From NCBI GenBank assembly GCA_963719425.1, contig OY970382.1, positions 71,888-135,887 of the forward strand: a stretch of 64,000 nt of DNA. Direction: 5' to 3'. This DNA is from an uncultured bacterium (GTDB taxonomy: Bacteria; Patescibacteriota; Minisyncoccia; UBA6257; 2-01-FULL-56-20). A program made the translations under genes and the position numbers. Shown one piece after another: positions 1 to 10,077 of this stretch; the first letter of the stretch is position 1, and each line of letters begins with the position of its first letter. Under the pieces are notes generated by a model that was not told where the DNA came from, made no database searches, and worked only from the letters and a program-made list of their open reading frames with translations.

Positions 1-216
1 GCGGACACCGGGGTCGGCATCGCGAAGGAAGCACAGGAAAAGTTGTTTCAAAAATTCTACCGCGTGCAGACGGAGAAAACACGCGACATTACGGGCACCG
101 GGCTCGACCTTTTCATCGTACGGGAGATCGTTGAGAAAATGGGAGGAAAGATCTGGGTTGAGTCCGAGGAAGGAAAGGGATCCACGTTCAGCTTTAGTCT
201 GCCGCTCGTTCCATAG
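1..216 (+). CDS. Sensor histidine kinase, C-terminal HATPase_c fragment (5' end outside window)
   Basis: Frame 1 reads ADTGVGI...LFQKFYRV...GTGLDLFIVREIVEKMGGKIWVESEEGKGSTFSFSLP*, matching the G1, F and G2 boxes of HATPase_c. Confidence 0.9.
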   Translation, partial: ADTGVGIAKEAQEKLFQKFYRVQTEKTRDITGTGLDLFIVREIVEKMGGKIWVESEEGKGSTFSFSLPLVP

Positions 217-408
217 TCAGGGCTATCGGCCTTAGGACGGCAGGTGGGAGAATTCAAAACCTGTTCCTTCCCCACTATTAGTCTTTGCCTTTTCGTTTCT
301 TTGTTCTATAATACGGGCAGTTTTTAATCTTTGAAAAACAGGAGTTTTTCGGCTCTTTTTCAATTTAATAACTTTAAAGAGTCGAAAAAAACTAATATAC
401 AGGCAGAA

Positions 409-3400
409 ATGAATAGATTGAACAGGCTGAAAAAGATTACGGTAATAGGATTGGAGATCATGCTGATCGGAAGCACGCTGCTCTCCGCAGGGTTTGGGTC
501 TGCGCGGTTTTCCGTCGCGCGCGCCGAGGATGGGACCTCTATAGAGGTTGCCATCACTACGGCAAGTTCGGCGAGTGATGCTGCGGCGAGCAGCACCGCG
601 ACAAGCTCAAGCGCGACTGCGGGCGCGGGAGGCACTGCAAGTGCGACCGCGAGCGCGGGGGGCGCAAGTACGGACACGACGGCGAATGCAAGCACGAGCG
701 CGAACGGGAATGCCAATGCAAGCGCGAGTGCGAGCGCAAGCGCCGAAGCAACCGCGGGAGGGAACACGAACGGCGGATCCTGTAAAGAAAAGACCGGCTC
801 GATCACCATTTGCAAAGTGATCGAGAACGCGAGCGGTACGATCGTGAACGGTGCGGCATTTCCTGGGCAGACCTTTCTGGTCCCTGGGATAGCGACGGTG
901 CCCTCAACGACCGCGAGTGCGGCAGGACTTCTGCCGACCTCTGTCTTTACGACGCCGATTCCTTGGAATGAAAAACTCTTCGGTTCTCACTCGGACAACG
1001 CGGAATGCCTTACGTACGATCATCTCGCCCTCGGCCATTACTACTATGGTGAAGAGCAGATTGCGACTTCTACGTATCAGTGGGCGGCTCCGCGCTACAA
1101 CGACCAGGATACGGCCGTCGCAGCGACGCCGGCGAATATCTTCTCGTATAGCGGCGAGTTGTTTGATGGCAATCCAGCGAATGACAGTGAGCGGAACGTG
1201 AACGCTGACGGGGATATCTTCCTCACGAGCGCGCGCCCGAGTCGCGAGCTCATCGTTCTCAACCAATTCTTGGGGAACGTGACGCCGACGCCTCTGAACG
1301 CGGGCCTTGCGATCGCAAAGACCGCCGACGTGACCTCTACGGTCCCTGGCGGCACCGTGAACTATACGCTTACGGTGGATGCCTTGGGTCCTTCGACGTC
1401 AACAGGAGTGGTTGCGACGGATACGCTTCCTGCGGAGCTTACGTTTGAGAATGCCACCGCATCGGTGGGTTCCTACGCCAGTTCCACGGGCACGTGGACC
1501 ATCGGCGATCTCAGTCCGAGTTCCACGGCGACGCTTGCAATCCAAGCGACCGTGAAGCCGAGCACGTCAGTGGGCACGACGATCCTCAATACGGCGAACG
1601 TAGGGGAGAGCGCCAGTACGACGAATCCGAATCCGAACACGTCCTCAACCGTGCCGGTTATGATTGTGGCTCCTGCGGCAACGACGACACCTCTCACGAT
1701 CTCTCCGGCTACCTTGCCGAACGGGACCGTGGGCACGGCATACAGCCAAATGTTAACGGTATCGGGCGGTCCGGGTCCTTTTACCTGGACGCTCGCATCC
1801 GGCGCCTTGCCGAATGGTTTGGCCCTTAGCACCACGACGACGGCCGCAACGACAACGATTTCCGGAACGCCTTCGGTTGCCGGGACCTTTAACTTCGTGG
1901 TCGACGTTGCGAACAGCGCGACCTCCACGCAGCAGGCGTACTCGGTGACGGTGACGAGCGGCGGTGGTGGTGGCGGGGGTGGCACGAGCACGAGCACCTG
2001 CACCATAGTGAGCGATGCGAACAACTTGGTATACGGCAGCGGTCCGGTTACGATCAATAGTCCTTACACGGCTTCATGGCTTGATACCACGGGCCTCGCG
2101 AATGGCGCGAACGCTGCGCTTGTTGCGACTCCGTACAACACTCGTTGGACGGCGTCAATTCCGGGCGCGAGCTGGATCTGGGCGACGCCGACAGTTGATA
2201 ACTCGCTCGTGAACGAGGCATACACGTTCACAAAAACCTTCACGGTTGCGGGAACTCCGGCTTCGGCGATGTTGGACATCAACGCTGACAACTCCTACGG
2301 CGTCGTGCTGAATGGCGCCACGGTTGCTTCAAACCCGAACGAGTTCAATTACCTCGTTCAGAACGAAGGACAGTTCGATGTTGCTTCCGCGTTGCACAAC
2401 GGTACGAACACCATTGCGGTGACGGTTGCGAATTTCGGCGCGCCAAGCAGCACGCCGCAATCCAACCCGGCTGGCCTGCTGTATAAGCTCGCCATCCAGG
2501 GTGCGACCTGCACGATTCCCACGTCTACCCCAACTTCCACGCCGTCCGCCGGCCTCACCATTACGAAGACCGCCGACGTGACTTCTACAGTTCCCGGCGG
2601 CACCGTGCACTATATGCTCACGGTGGATGCGGAGGGGCCTGCGACCTCTTCTCTCGTCGTAGCAACCGATACCTTGCCTTCCACGCTCACCCTTGTGAAC
2701 GCGACGGCATCGCTCGGCACCTACACGAATTCCTCGGGAACGCTCACATGGGCCATCGGTGATATGAGCCCGAGTTCCACGGCGACGCTTGCAATCCAAG
2801 CGACCGTGAACCCGAGCACCCCCGTGGGCACCACGATTCTCAATACGGCGATTGTAGGGGAGAGCGCGAGCACAACGAACCCGAATCCGAACACGTCCTC
2901 AACCGTGCCGGTGACCGTAACAAGTACCAGCACGTGCACCTCCGGCTGCGGCGGGGGAGGGAACGAGGCCGATATTGCCATCCAGAAAATCGTGGATAAT
3001 GCCAATCCGCAAGGAGGCGATACGGTGCGCTACACGCTTACTGTGACCGACTTCGGCCCCGCAACCTCAACGATTGTGTACGCGATCGACCGACTGCCCT
3101 ACGGCACGAGCTTTGTTTCTGCGACCTCTTCAGTGGGGCCGGGGACATACAATATGACGTCGGGTAAGTGGGAGATCGGCACTGTTGCACCGAACGCGAC
3201 AGCAACCTTGGAAATTGCAGCCATGGTTGATCCGCGTGAAGCGGGTCAAAGCATCACGAACACTGCGACCGTTTTCGAATTAAGTTCGCTCGACGATCCG
3301 AATCCGGCGAACAATTCTTCTTCGGCTACGATCACCGTGCAGTCAACGAGTACCGCCGGCCTCACCATTACGAAGACCGCCGACGTGACTTCTACGGTCC

Positions 3401-4716
3401 CCGGCGGCACCGTGAACTATACGCTTACGGTGGATGCCCTGGGTCCTTCGACGTCAACGGGAGTGGTCGCGACGGATACTTTGTCGAGTGACCTCACCTT
3501 CGTGAATGCCACAGCCTCCGTGGGTTCTTACGCCAACTCCACAGGGATATGGACCATTGGCGATATGAGCCCGAGTTCCACGGCGACGCTTGCGATCCAA
3601 GCGACCGTGAAGCCGAGCACGTCAGTGGGCACGACGATCCTCAATACGGCGAACGTAGGGGAGAGCGCCAGTACGACGAATCCGAATCCGAACACGTCCT
3701 CAACCGTGCCGGTTATGATTGTGGCTCCTGCGGCAACGACGACACCTCTCACGATCTCTCCGGCTACCTTGCCGAACGGGACCGTGGGCACGGCATACAG
3801 CCAAATGTTAACGGTATCGGGCGGTCCGGGTCCTTTTACCTGGACGCTTGCCTCCGGCACATTGCCGACCGGCTTCACGCTTGCGACCACGACGACGGCC
3901 GCAACGACAACGATTTCCGGAACGCCATCAGTGGCCGGGACCTTTAACTTCGTGGTCGACGTTGCGAACAGCGCGACCTCCACGCAGCAGGCATACTCGG
4001 TGACGGTGACGAGTGGCGGCGGAGGAGGCGGCGGCGGCGGCGGAGGCGGAGTCACGGTTTCCGTGGGTGGTGGTGGCGCGGCGTATCTTATAACCATCAA
4101 TAACGGCGCGCCGTCCACACCGACCACGAGCGTGACACTTTCGCTCTACGGAACGGGAGCTCACACGATGGCGATCGCGAACGAGCCCTTCTCGAGCTCC
4201 ACCGCAACGTCAACTGCGGGCGATACCGGATGGATTCCGTACGTGACTTCCATGCCATGGACGCTCACGCCGGGCGCAGGATCAAAAACCGTTTATGCGC
4301 GGTACCGCGATGTGAACGGCAACATTCTTGCGACCGTGAACGCTTCCATTGAACTCCTGGGCGGGCAGGTGCTTGGCACTTCCACAAGCTGCGGCACCTA
4401 CCTGAATGATTACATCCGCCTCGGATGGAACAACAATCCCAGTGAGGTGACAAAGCTCCAGACATTCCTGAATAAAAATCTGGGACTGAATTTGCCGATC
4501 ACGGGTGTCTACAACCAAGAGGATTTCAACGCCGTGGAGCAATTCCAGCTCAAGTACCACGATCAGGTACTTGCGCCATGGGTGCCCCTCGGTTTGCTGA
4601 ACAACACGACGCCGACCGGTTTCGTCTATCAAACGACGAAATGGGAGATTAACGCGCTACAGTGCGCAGCGCTCAATCTTCCGCAGCCGGTCTTGCACGT
4701 CTACGGGACACCGTAA
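409..4716 (+). CDS. Large secreted/surface protein with four DUF11-like repeats, two putative Ig domains, a beta-sandwich/lectin-like module and a C-terminal peptidoglycan-binding-like domain
   Basis: Signal peptide ending ARA-ED; repeated L.I.KTAD...PGGTV.YTLTV...GPS...V.ATDTLP units; TISPATLPNGTVGTAYSQ Ig-like units; C-terminal EVTKLQTFLN...AVEQFQ. ATG 409 preferred over TTG 331. Confidence 0.8.
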   Translation: MNRLNRLKKITVIGLEIMLIGSTLLSAGFGSARFSVARAEDGTSIEVAITTASSASDAAASSTATSSSATAGAGGTASATASAGGASTDTTANASTSANGNANASASASASAEATAGGNTNGGSCKEKTGSITICKVIENASGTIVNGAAFPGQTFLVPGIATVPSTTASAAGLLPTSVFTTPIPWNEKLFGSHSDNAECLTYDHLALGHYYYGEEQIATSTYQWAAPRYNDQDTAVAATPANIFSYSGELFDGNPANDSERNVNADGDIFLTSARPSRELIVLNQFLGNVTPTPLNAGLAIAKTADVTSTVPGGTVNYTLTVDALGPSTSTGVVATDTLPAELTFENATASVGSYASSTGTWTIGDLSPSSTATLAIQATVKPSTSVGTTILNTANVGESASTTNPNPNTSSTVPVMIVAPAATTTPLTISPATLPNGTVGTAYSQMLTVSGGPGPFTWTLASGALPNGLALSTTTTAATTTISGTPSVAGTFNFVVDVANSATSTQQAYSVTVTSGGGGGGGGTSTSTCTIVSDANNLVYGSGPVTINSPYTASWLDTTGLANGANAALVATPYNTRWTASIPGASWIWATPTVDNSLVNEAYTFTKTFTVAGTPASAMLDINADNSYGVVLNGATVASNPNEFNYLVQNEGQFDVASALHNGTNTIAVTVANFGAPSSTPQSNPAGLLYKLAIQGATCTIPTSTPTSTPSAGLTITKTADVTSTVPGGTVHYMLTVDAEGPATSSLVVATDTLPSTLTLVNATASLGTYTNSSGTLTWAIGDMSPSSTATLAIQATVNPSTPVGTTILNTAIVGESASTTNPNPNTSSTVPVTVTSTSTCTSGCGGGGNEADIAIQKIVDNANPQGGDTVRYTLTVTDFGPATSTIVYAIDRLPYGTSFVSATSSVGPGTYNMTSGKWEIGTVAPNATATLEIAAMVDPREAGQSITNTATVFELSSLDDPNPANNSSSATITVQSTSTAGLTITKTADVTSTVPGGTVNYTLTVDALGPSTSTGVVATDTLSSDLTFVNATASVGSYANSTGIWTIGDMSPSSTATLAIQATVKPSTSVGTTILNTANVGESASTTNPNPNTSSTVPVMIVAPAATTTPLTISPATLPNGTVGTAYSQMLTVSGGPGPFTWTLASGTLPTGFTLATTTTAATTTISGTPSVAGTFNFVVDVANSATSTQQAYSVTVTSGGGGGGGGGGGGVTVSVGGGGAAYLITINNGAPSTPTTSVTLSLYGTGAHTMAIANEPFSSSTATSTAGDTGWIPYVTSMPWTLTPGAGSKTVYARYRDVNGNILATVNASIELLGGQVLGTSTSCGTYLNDYIRLGWNNNPSEVTKLQTFLNKNLGLNLPITGVYNQEDFNAVEQFQLKYHDQVLAPWVPLGLLNNTTPTGFVYQTTKWEINALQCAALNLPQPVLHVYGTP
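1303..1980 (+). repeat. Internal DUF11+Ig repeat unit, copy 1 (copy 2 at ~3358-4040, offset 2055 nt; partial DUF11 copy ~2548-2910)
   Basis: Near-identical DNA; about 1516-1793 versus 3571-3848 differ by very few bases. Confidence 0.9.
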
Positions 4717-4730
4717 TTGCGCGAATGCCC

Positions 4731-4776
4731 AAAAACAATCCAGCACCATCTTAAAAAATGGTGCTGGATTGTTTTT
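4731..4776 (+). terminator. Intrinsic (possibly bidirectional) terminator
   Basis: 19-bp perfect inverted repeat aaaaacaatccagcaccat/atggtgctggattgttttt just after the stop codon. Confidence 0.8.
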
Positions 4777-4881
4777 TGGGGAGCTTTGTGATATAATATA
4801 GAGGAAGTCGCTTGCCTGTTGGCTTCTGGTCTCCTTTGAAGCCAGAGTCGGCCAGAAGCCAACAGGCAGGCAGCCACACCG

Positions 4882-5946
4882 ATGCTCAAGAAGCTGAAAA
4901 AATATTTTATACCGCACGACAGGAATGACCACCGACCGCACATCCTGCGGCCGCAGGTGGTCGCTTTTGTGTGCCTTATCGCGATTGTCGTGGAGGGCGT
5001 TTTTCTCCTCGGTTCGTCATTGGTGATCCCGCGTGTGAAGCTTTTCGGACTGATCATCGCGAATGCGCTCGTTGACGGCACGAACCAGGCGCGCGCTGCC
5101 GCCGATCTCCCTACGCTTCGCGAAAGCGGGCTTTTGGACGCGGCGGCGCAGGAAAAGGCGAACGACATGGTGACGAACAATTACTTTGCGCACACGAGCC
5201 CGTCGGGTATCACGCCATGGTATTGGTTCCAGAATGTAGGCTATCAGTTTGCCGTTGCAGGAGAGAATCTTGCAGTGGACTTTGCCGATTCGGCGGATGT
5301 GACGAATGCGTGGCTCAATTCCCCCGAGCACCGCGCGAACATCATGAACGCCGGCTATACCGAGATCGGCATGGCGACGGCGCAAGGTGAGTTCCAAGGG
5401 CGCTCCGCTGTTTACGTGGTGGAGCTTTTCGGCACACCGGCGGCTCCGGCCGTGCCTTTTGTGACGACTGCGGCAGCCGCATCACCTACGGGAGGCGCCG
5501 CGACCGCGAAGACAACTGCGCGCGTCCCGGTGACAAATCCCGTTGCGGCCGCGCCGCTCGTCGCCGCGACAAGCTCGGCAAATTCCGCTTCAGAGCAGAA
5601 TGTCGCGGTGGTGAAGGGTGCGCAAACAGAAACGGCTTCTGCGACAACGGCCGGCGTGACGACGACCGCGGGAGGAGCGCTCGCGTCGGCACAGACAGCC
5701 GCCCAGTCCCCGTCGCCGCAAACCAATTTCGTCCAAGGCGCCTTCGCCGATCCGCGGCGCACGGTTGACTATTTTTACTTCGGCGTCGCGCTCCTTTTTG
5801 TCATCGCCCTCTCCCTGAATATTTTTATCAAAATCCACATTCAGCACCCGCAGCTCATTCTTGGAGGGATGTTGGTTATCCTCCTCGCCGGGCTTTTCAT
5901 CGTCCTCAACCAGCACTTCGGCGCCTCGGGAGTCGTTATTTTATAG
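4882..5946 (+). CDS. CAP (SCP/cysteine-rich secretory) domain membrane protein
   Basis: AAQEKANDM..NNYFAH.SPSG..PW, AGENLA, WLNSPEHRANI motifs; N-terminal FIPH..N..RPHIL; C-terminal TM helices. Confidence 0.9.
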   Translation: MLKKLKKYFIPHDRNDHRPHILRPQVVAFVCLIAIVVEGVFLLGSSLVIPRVKLFGLIIANALVDGTNQARAAADLPTLRESGLLDAAAQEKANDMVTNNYFAHTSPSGITPWYWFQNVGYQFAVAGENLAVDFADSADVTNAWLNSPEHRANIMNAGYTEIGMATAQGEFQGRSAVYVVELFGTPAAPAVPFVTTAAAASPTGGAATAKTTARVPVTNPVAAAPLVAATSSANSASEQNVAVVKGAQTETASATTAGVTTTAGGALASAQTAAQSPSPQTNFVQGAFADPRRTVDYFYFGVALLFVIALSLNIFIKIHIQHPQLILGGMLVILLAGLFIVLNQHFGASGVVIL

Positions 5947-6005
5947 TTTGTCAGGTCCGCCCCATTGCGGCCGTATTTTTTTTGGCATAAGCTCATAGCA
6001 TAGCG

Positions 6006-7727
6006 ATGCCGTCGCCCACGACCGAACTCATCAAGAGCAAGCTGGACATCGTGGATTTTCTCCGCGGCTATTTGACGCTCATGCCCGCGGGGAAAAATTT
6101 CAAGGCGCTGTGCCCGTTCCACAAAGAGAAGACGCCGTCCTTCATGGTGTCTCCCGAGCGGCAGTCGTGGTATTGCTTCGGCTGCGGGATCGGGGGTGAC
6201 ATCTTCGGCTTCGTGATGCGCTACGAGAACATGGAGTTCGGCGAGGCGCTCCGCCTGCTCGCCGAAAAAGCGGGTGTGGAACTGCGCCGCGAGAATCCCG
6301 CCGAGTACCGCTATGCCGGCCTGCTTTATGATTTGAACGAAGCGGCAAAAAATTATTTCAGGAAGGCGCTCGCGGCGGCACCCATCGCAAAAAAATACCT
6401 GGCTGAGCGCGGCCTCACGCCGGAAACGATTGAAGAGTTTGAACTCGGTTGGGCGCCGAACGAGCCGGAGGCGCTTTCCATGTTCCTTTTGAACTCTGGC
6501 AGCGCGCCGCAAGATCTCATCCAGGCCGGGCTTTCCATAAAGACCGAGCGCGGCCTGATGTTGGACCGCTTCCGCGGGCGCATCATGTTCCCGATCCATA
6601 ATCACCAGGGCAAGGTGGTTGGTTTTACCGGCCGCATCCTGCCGCAGATAGAAAAAACACTCACTGCAAACAGAGGCCAAGAGGTCGCGAAATATGTGAA
6701 CAGTCCCGAGACGCCGATTTTCCAGAAGTCGCGCCTTCTTTACGGATTTTGGAAAAGCAAGGATGCCATCCGCGAGGCGAAGTCGGCCTTCCTCGTAGAA
6801 GGTCAGATGGACTTTTTGATGAGCTGGCAGTCGGGGGTGAAGCACGTGGTCGCAAGTTCGGGCACGGCGCTCACCGCTGACCACCTGCGCTCCCTCCGTC
6901 GCCTCGCCGACGAATTAATAGTAAGCTTTGACAATGACATCGCCGGTTCCGACGCTGCGGAGCGGGCGATCGATCTTGCCGAGGCGAACGACTTCTCGGT
7001 GAAGGTGGCGATCATCAAGGATTTCAAGGATGCAGCCGATGCCGCGCAGGCGGATCCCGCAAACGTGCAAAAGGCGGTCGCCGGCGCCGTGGCTGCCCCC
7101 CTCTTTTATTTTGAAAAATACTTGCCGGAGGATCCAACAGGGCTCAAGACCCGCGAGGGCCTGCGGCAGCTGCGTGCAGTGCTCGGGAAATTGAAGAACA
7201 TTGCGAGCCCCGTGGAGCGCAGCTTTTGGCTGAAGGATCTTTCTGCGCGCACGGGCATCGCGGAAAAGACATTGGAGGAGGAGGCTGCGAGGGCGAACAC
7301 CGTGGGTATTCCGGTTGCCGCGCCGAAAGAAGAAGCGGCGTCAAGGCGCGAGGTAGGGCGCGCCGAGCTCATCGGTGAAGCATTGCTCGCCGCCGCGCTC
7401 GCAAAAAATGATTTCACAATATTTGATGATTGCATGACATTTTTGAATCCTGTCCAAAGAGAAATTCTCCGCATATTAAAGAGTGGAAAGACAAAGAGCG
7501 AAGACCTCTCGCTCGACGAGGCAATCGGGCTTATCGTGCTCCGCGCCTCGGGCGACGTCCCACACGAGGAAATTGAGGCGCTAAGGGCCGAACTTGCAAA
7601 GGAATATTATAAAGAGCGCCGCAAGATTCTCGCGCAGGCGATAAAGAATGCCGAGGCGAACGGGAACGATGTGGAGCTTAAAGCGGCGCTTGAGGAACTC
7701 GTGAGCTTGCCAAACGGCGAAAAATAG
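6006..7727 (+). CDS. dnaG: DNA primase
   Basis: CPFHKEKTPSF zinc finger, DRFRGRIMFPI, KYVNSPET, VEGQMD and FDND.AG TOPRIM motifs. Confidence 0.97.
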   Translation: MPSPTTELIKSKLDIVDFLRGYLTLMPAGKNFKALCPFHKEKTPSFMVSPERQSWYCFGCGIGGDIFGFVMRYENMEFGEALRLLAEKAGVELRRENPAEYRYAGLLYDLNEAAKNYFRKALAAAPIAKKYLAERGLTPETIEEFELGWAPNEPEALSMFLLNSGSAPQDLIQAGLSIKTERGLMLDRFRGRIMFPIHNHQGKVVGFTGRILPQIEKTLTANRGQEVAKYVNSPETPIFQKSRLLYGFWKSKDAIREAKSAFLVEGQMDFLMSWQSGVKHVVASSGTALTADHLRSLRRLADELIVSFDNDIAGSDAAERAIDLAEANDFSVKVAIIKDFKDAADAAQADPANVQKAVAGAVAAPLFYFEKYLPEDPTGLKTREGLRQLRAVLGKLKNIASPVERSFWLKDLSARTGIAEKTLEEEAARANTVGIPVAAPKEEAASRREVGRAELIGEALLAAALAKNDFTIFDDCMTFLNPVQREILRILKSGKTKSEDLSLDEAIGLIVLRASGDVPHEEIEALRAELAKEYYKERRKILAQAIKNAEANGNDVELKAALEELVSLPNGEK

Positions 7728-7748
7728 TCAATAATAAAACATTCTCTG

Positions 7749-8975
7749 ATGCCCACCCATCGCAAGAAGCCCAGGAAGAGGCCGCAAAAAAAAGGCGGCG
7801 CGAGGAAGCGCACCCTCAAAAGAAAGGCTGCGAAAACGAAGACTGCGAAACGCCCAAAAGGCAAGAAAAAGCCGCTTTCAAAGCTTGAGAAGGCCATCAA
7901 GGCCAACGCGGCGGAGATTGAAGAACTTATTGAGCGCGGCCGGCCGCGCGGATTCGTCACGGACAACGAGATCCTTTATTATTTCCCGAAGATAGAGGAT
8001 AGCGTGGAATTGCTTGACGAGATCTACGATCGGCTGGAAAAAGCTGGGATCAAAGTGATTGAAACAAGCGCGCTTATAGATTTCTCAAAAGACGAAGGAG
8101 AAAAGAATATTGACGAGTCGCTCGCGTTTGAAGGCGACGTGCCGGACGCCGTGCAGATGTATTTGAAGGAGATCGGGAAGACGCCGCTCCTTTCAAAAGA
8201 CGAGGAACGCGAGCTCGCGAAGCGCTCGGAGAAAGGAGACGAGGATGCACGCCAGAAACTGATGAAGGCGAATTTGCGGCTCGTGGTTTCCATCGCAAAG
8301 CGTTATGTGAACCGCACGCCGCATTTGAGCATCCTTGATCTTATCCAAGAGGGGAATATCGGCCTCTCGCGCGCGGTGGAAAAATTTGACTATCGGCGGG
8401 GATTCAAGTTCAGCACGTACGCCACGTGGTGGATCCGTCAGGCGATCACGCGGGCGCTTGCCGACCAGTCGCGCACCGTCCGCATTCCGGTGCACATGGT
8501 AGAAACCATTTCCAAATATACGCAGGTGCGTCGGCAGCTTATCCAGGAACTGGGCCGCGATCCTTTGGCGGAAGAGATCGCCGCGGAGATGGGCATAGAC
8601 GTGGACAGGGTGCGGCACATCCAGAAGATTTCGCAGGAGGTGCTTTCCATTGAAACGCCGATCGGCGACGAGGAGGATTCCACGCTTTCCGACTTCATCC
8701 CTGACGAACGAAATGCAACGCCATCCCAGCTCACCGCGCGCGCGATGCTCCGCGACCTCATCCGCGAGATTATGATTGACCTCACGGAACGTGAGCAGCA
8801 GATTTTGAAGATGCGATTCGGCCTTGATGATGGCATCAGCCACACGCTTGAGGAAGTGGGGAGGGCCTTCGGCGTCACGCGCGAACGCATCCGGCAGATT
8901 GAAGCGAAGGCGTTGGAGAAGATTCGCGAGCACGGCAAGGCGCCGGCGCTGGAGGGCTTCGAGAGCCTCACGTAG
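7749..8975 (+). CDS. rpoD: Primary RNA polymerase sigma-70 factor
   Basis: [46 protein letters not shown]; directly downstream of dnaG. Confidence 0.96.
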   Translation: MPTHRKKPRKRPQKKGGARKRTLKRKAAKTKTAKRPKGKKKPLSKLEKAIKANAAEIEELIERGRPRGFVTDNEILYYFPKIEDSVELLDEIYDRLEKAGIKVIETSALIDFSKDEGEKNIDESLAFEGDVPDAVQMYLKEIGKTPLLSKDEERELAKRSEKGDEDARQKLMKANLRLVVSIAKRYVNRTPHLSILDLIQEGNIGLSRAVEKFDYRRGFKFSTYATWWIRQAITRALADQSRTVRIPVHMVETISKYTQVRRQLIQELGRDPLAEEIAAEMGIDVDRVRHIQKISQEVLSIETPIGDEEDSTLSDFIPDERNATPSQLTARAMLRDLIREIMIDLTEREQQILKMRFGLDDGISHTLEEVGRAFGVTRERIRQIEAKALEKIREHGKAPALEGFESLT

Positions 8976-9130
8976 CCTGCACCGCATAGTTTTTGAGAGT
9001 GAGAATCCATCGCTCCTGCGGTGATGGTTTCTTGCCGCTCGCCCCGATTGCCGAAAACACCCCAATGTGTTTTCGGGCCAAGCCAATCGGGGCTGCGCGA
9101 TCCTCTCAAAAACTATGCGGTGCAGGCTAC
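8972..9130. mobile_element. 159-bp element with perfect 28-bp terminal inverted repeats (MITE-like or structured RNA)
   Basis: gtagcctgcaccgcatagtttttgagag (8972-8999) is the exact reverse complement of 9103-9130; nested internal hairpins. Confidence 0.55.
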
Positions 9131-9199
9131 TAGCGTTCGAGTCCAGCCGCCAGACGGACAATAATAGCCCCTGGAAAGATTTTTTGATATAGTCAAACC

Positions 9200-10030
9200 A
9201 TGACAGAAGGGAATGAAACGACGCGAATAGAAACGGAAGACCAGAATGTTTCCACATTGTCGACCCTGATAGCCCACTTCGACGATATGAGAATGCTACC
9301 CGATAGAAAACCTGCCGTGGGGGATTTTGGACCCGTTTTAGATAGCGAATCTTTCCGCGAACATTCCTTCAAACAAAGCAAGGATGGATTCCTTTCTGTT
9401 ATCGACAAGGAAAAGGTAAAACGGTATTTGTCAGCCGAGGAGTCAACACAGGAAGCCTTCGCGTATTTGAAAAAAATAAGACGATTCGGCCAGATGTTGC
9501 GAGGCAATTATAGATTTTCAGATTCTTCACATGCAGTTCCGGAGAAGTTGCATCACTTTCTGCGCCTGCTGGGAGATTATAACGACCGCTATTGGTTGCC
9601 GGAGAAACAGGATGTGTCTCAATTACGCGCGGCGCTGGAATATATTGACGGGAAAGAATTAGTTCTTAATGGGGTCAGTAACCAAAATTTTGAGGAATAC
9701 GTGAGAAAAACCTTGGACGTTATAAAAACTCTTTTAAAGGAACCCGAGTTGCCAGCAAAAGAATTTCACGAGCTGAGAAAGCAGGTTCATCTATTTGCCG
9801 ATTTTCTGGCGGTTGCGGCATCGGAAAATTACAGAGGAGATATACATTGGCTATTTTCTTCGGTGTCGTCGCTGTCCCGCGAGCTGGGCGAACAACACGA
9901 CGATCTTGTTCGGCGGGATCTGCGTAAGGAGATAGACTATCAAAACGCCGTCGTGCAAGTAAACCCCAATATTCGTCAAGAATTTGAAAAATTAGAGCCT
10001 TATATAGAAAAAGTGACGGGGATTCAATAG
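9200..10030 (+). CDS. Hypothetical protein, CHAD-domain-like
   Basis: Two CHAD-like halves, RRFGQMLR...LRLLGDYND and FHELRK...LSRELGEQHDD; lower GC than flanking genes. Confidence 0.55.
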   Translation: MTEGNETTRIETEDQNVSTLSTLIAHFDDMRMLPDRKPAVGDFGPVLDSESFREHSFKQSKDGFLSVIDKEKVKRYLSAEESTQEAFAYLKKIRRFGQMLRGNYRFSDSSHAVPEKLHHFLRLLGDYNDRYWLPEKQDVSQLRAALEYIDGKELVLNGVSNQNFEEYVRKTLDVIKTLLKEPELPAKEFHELRKQVHLFADFLAVAASENYRGDIHWLFSSVSSLSRELGEQHDDLVRRDLRKEIDYQNAVVQVNPNIRQEFEKLEPYIEKVTGIQ

Positions 10031-10037
10031 GAATTCT

Positions 10038-10070
10038 TTTAATAATTTTTTAATGTCCGGCGAGTATAAT
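10038..10070 (+). promoter_or_regulatory. TTTAA-N6-TTTAA direct repeat plus TATAAT -10 box
   Basis: TTTAA at 10038 and 10049, then an 11-nt gap to TATAAT 10065-10070; same layout at 10615 and 30532. Confidence 0.6.
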
Positions 10071-10077
10071 GTTCGTG

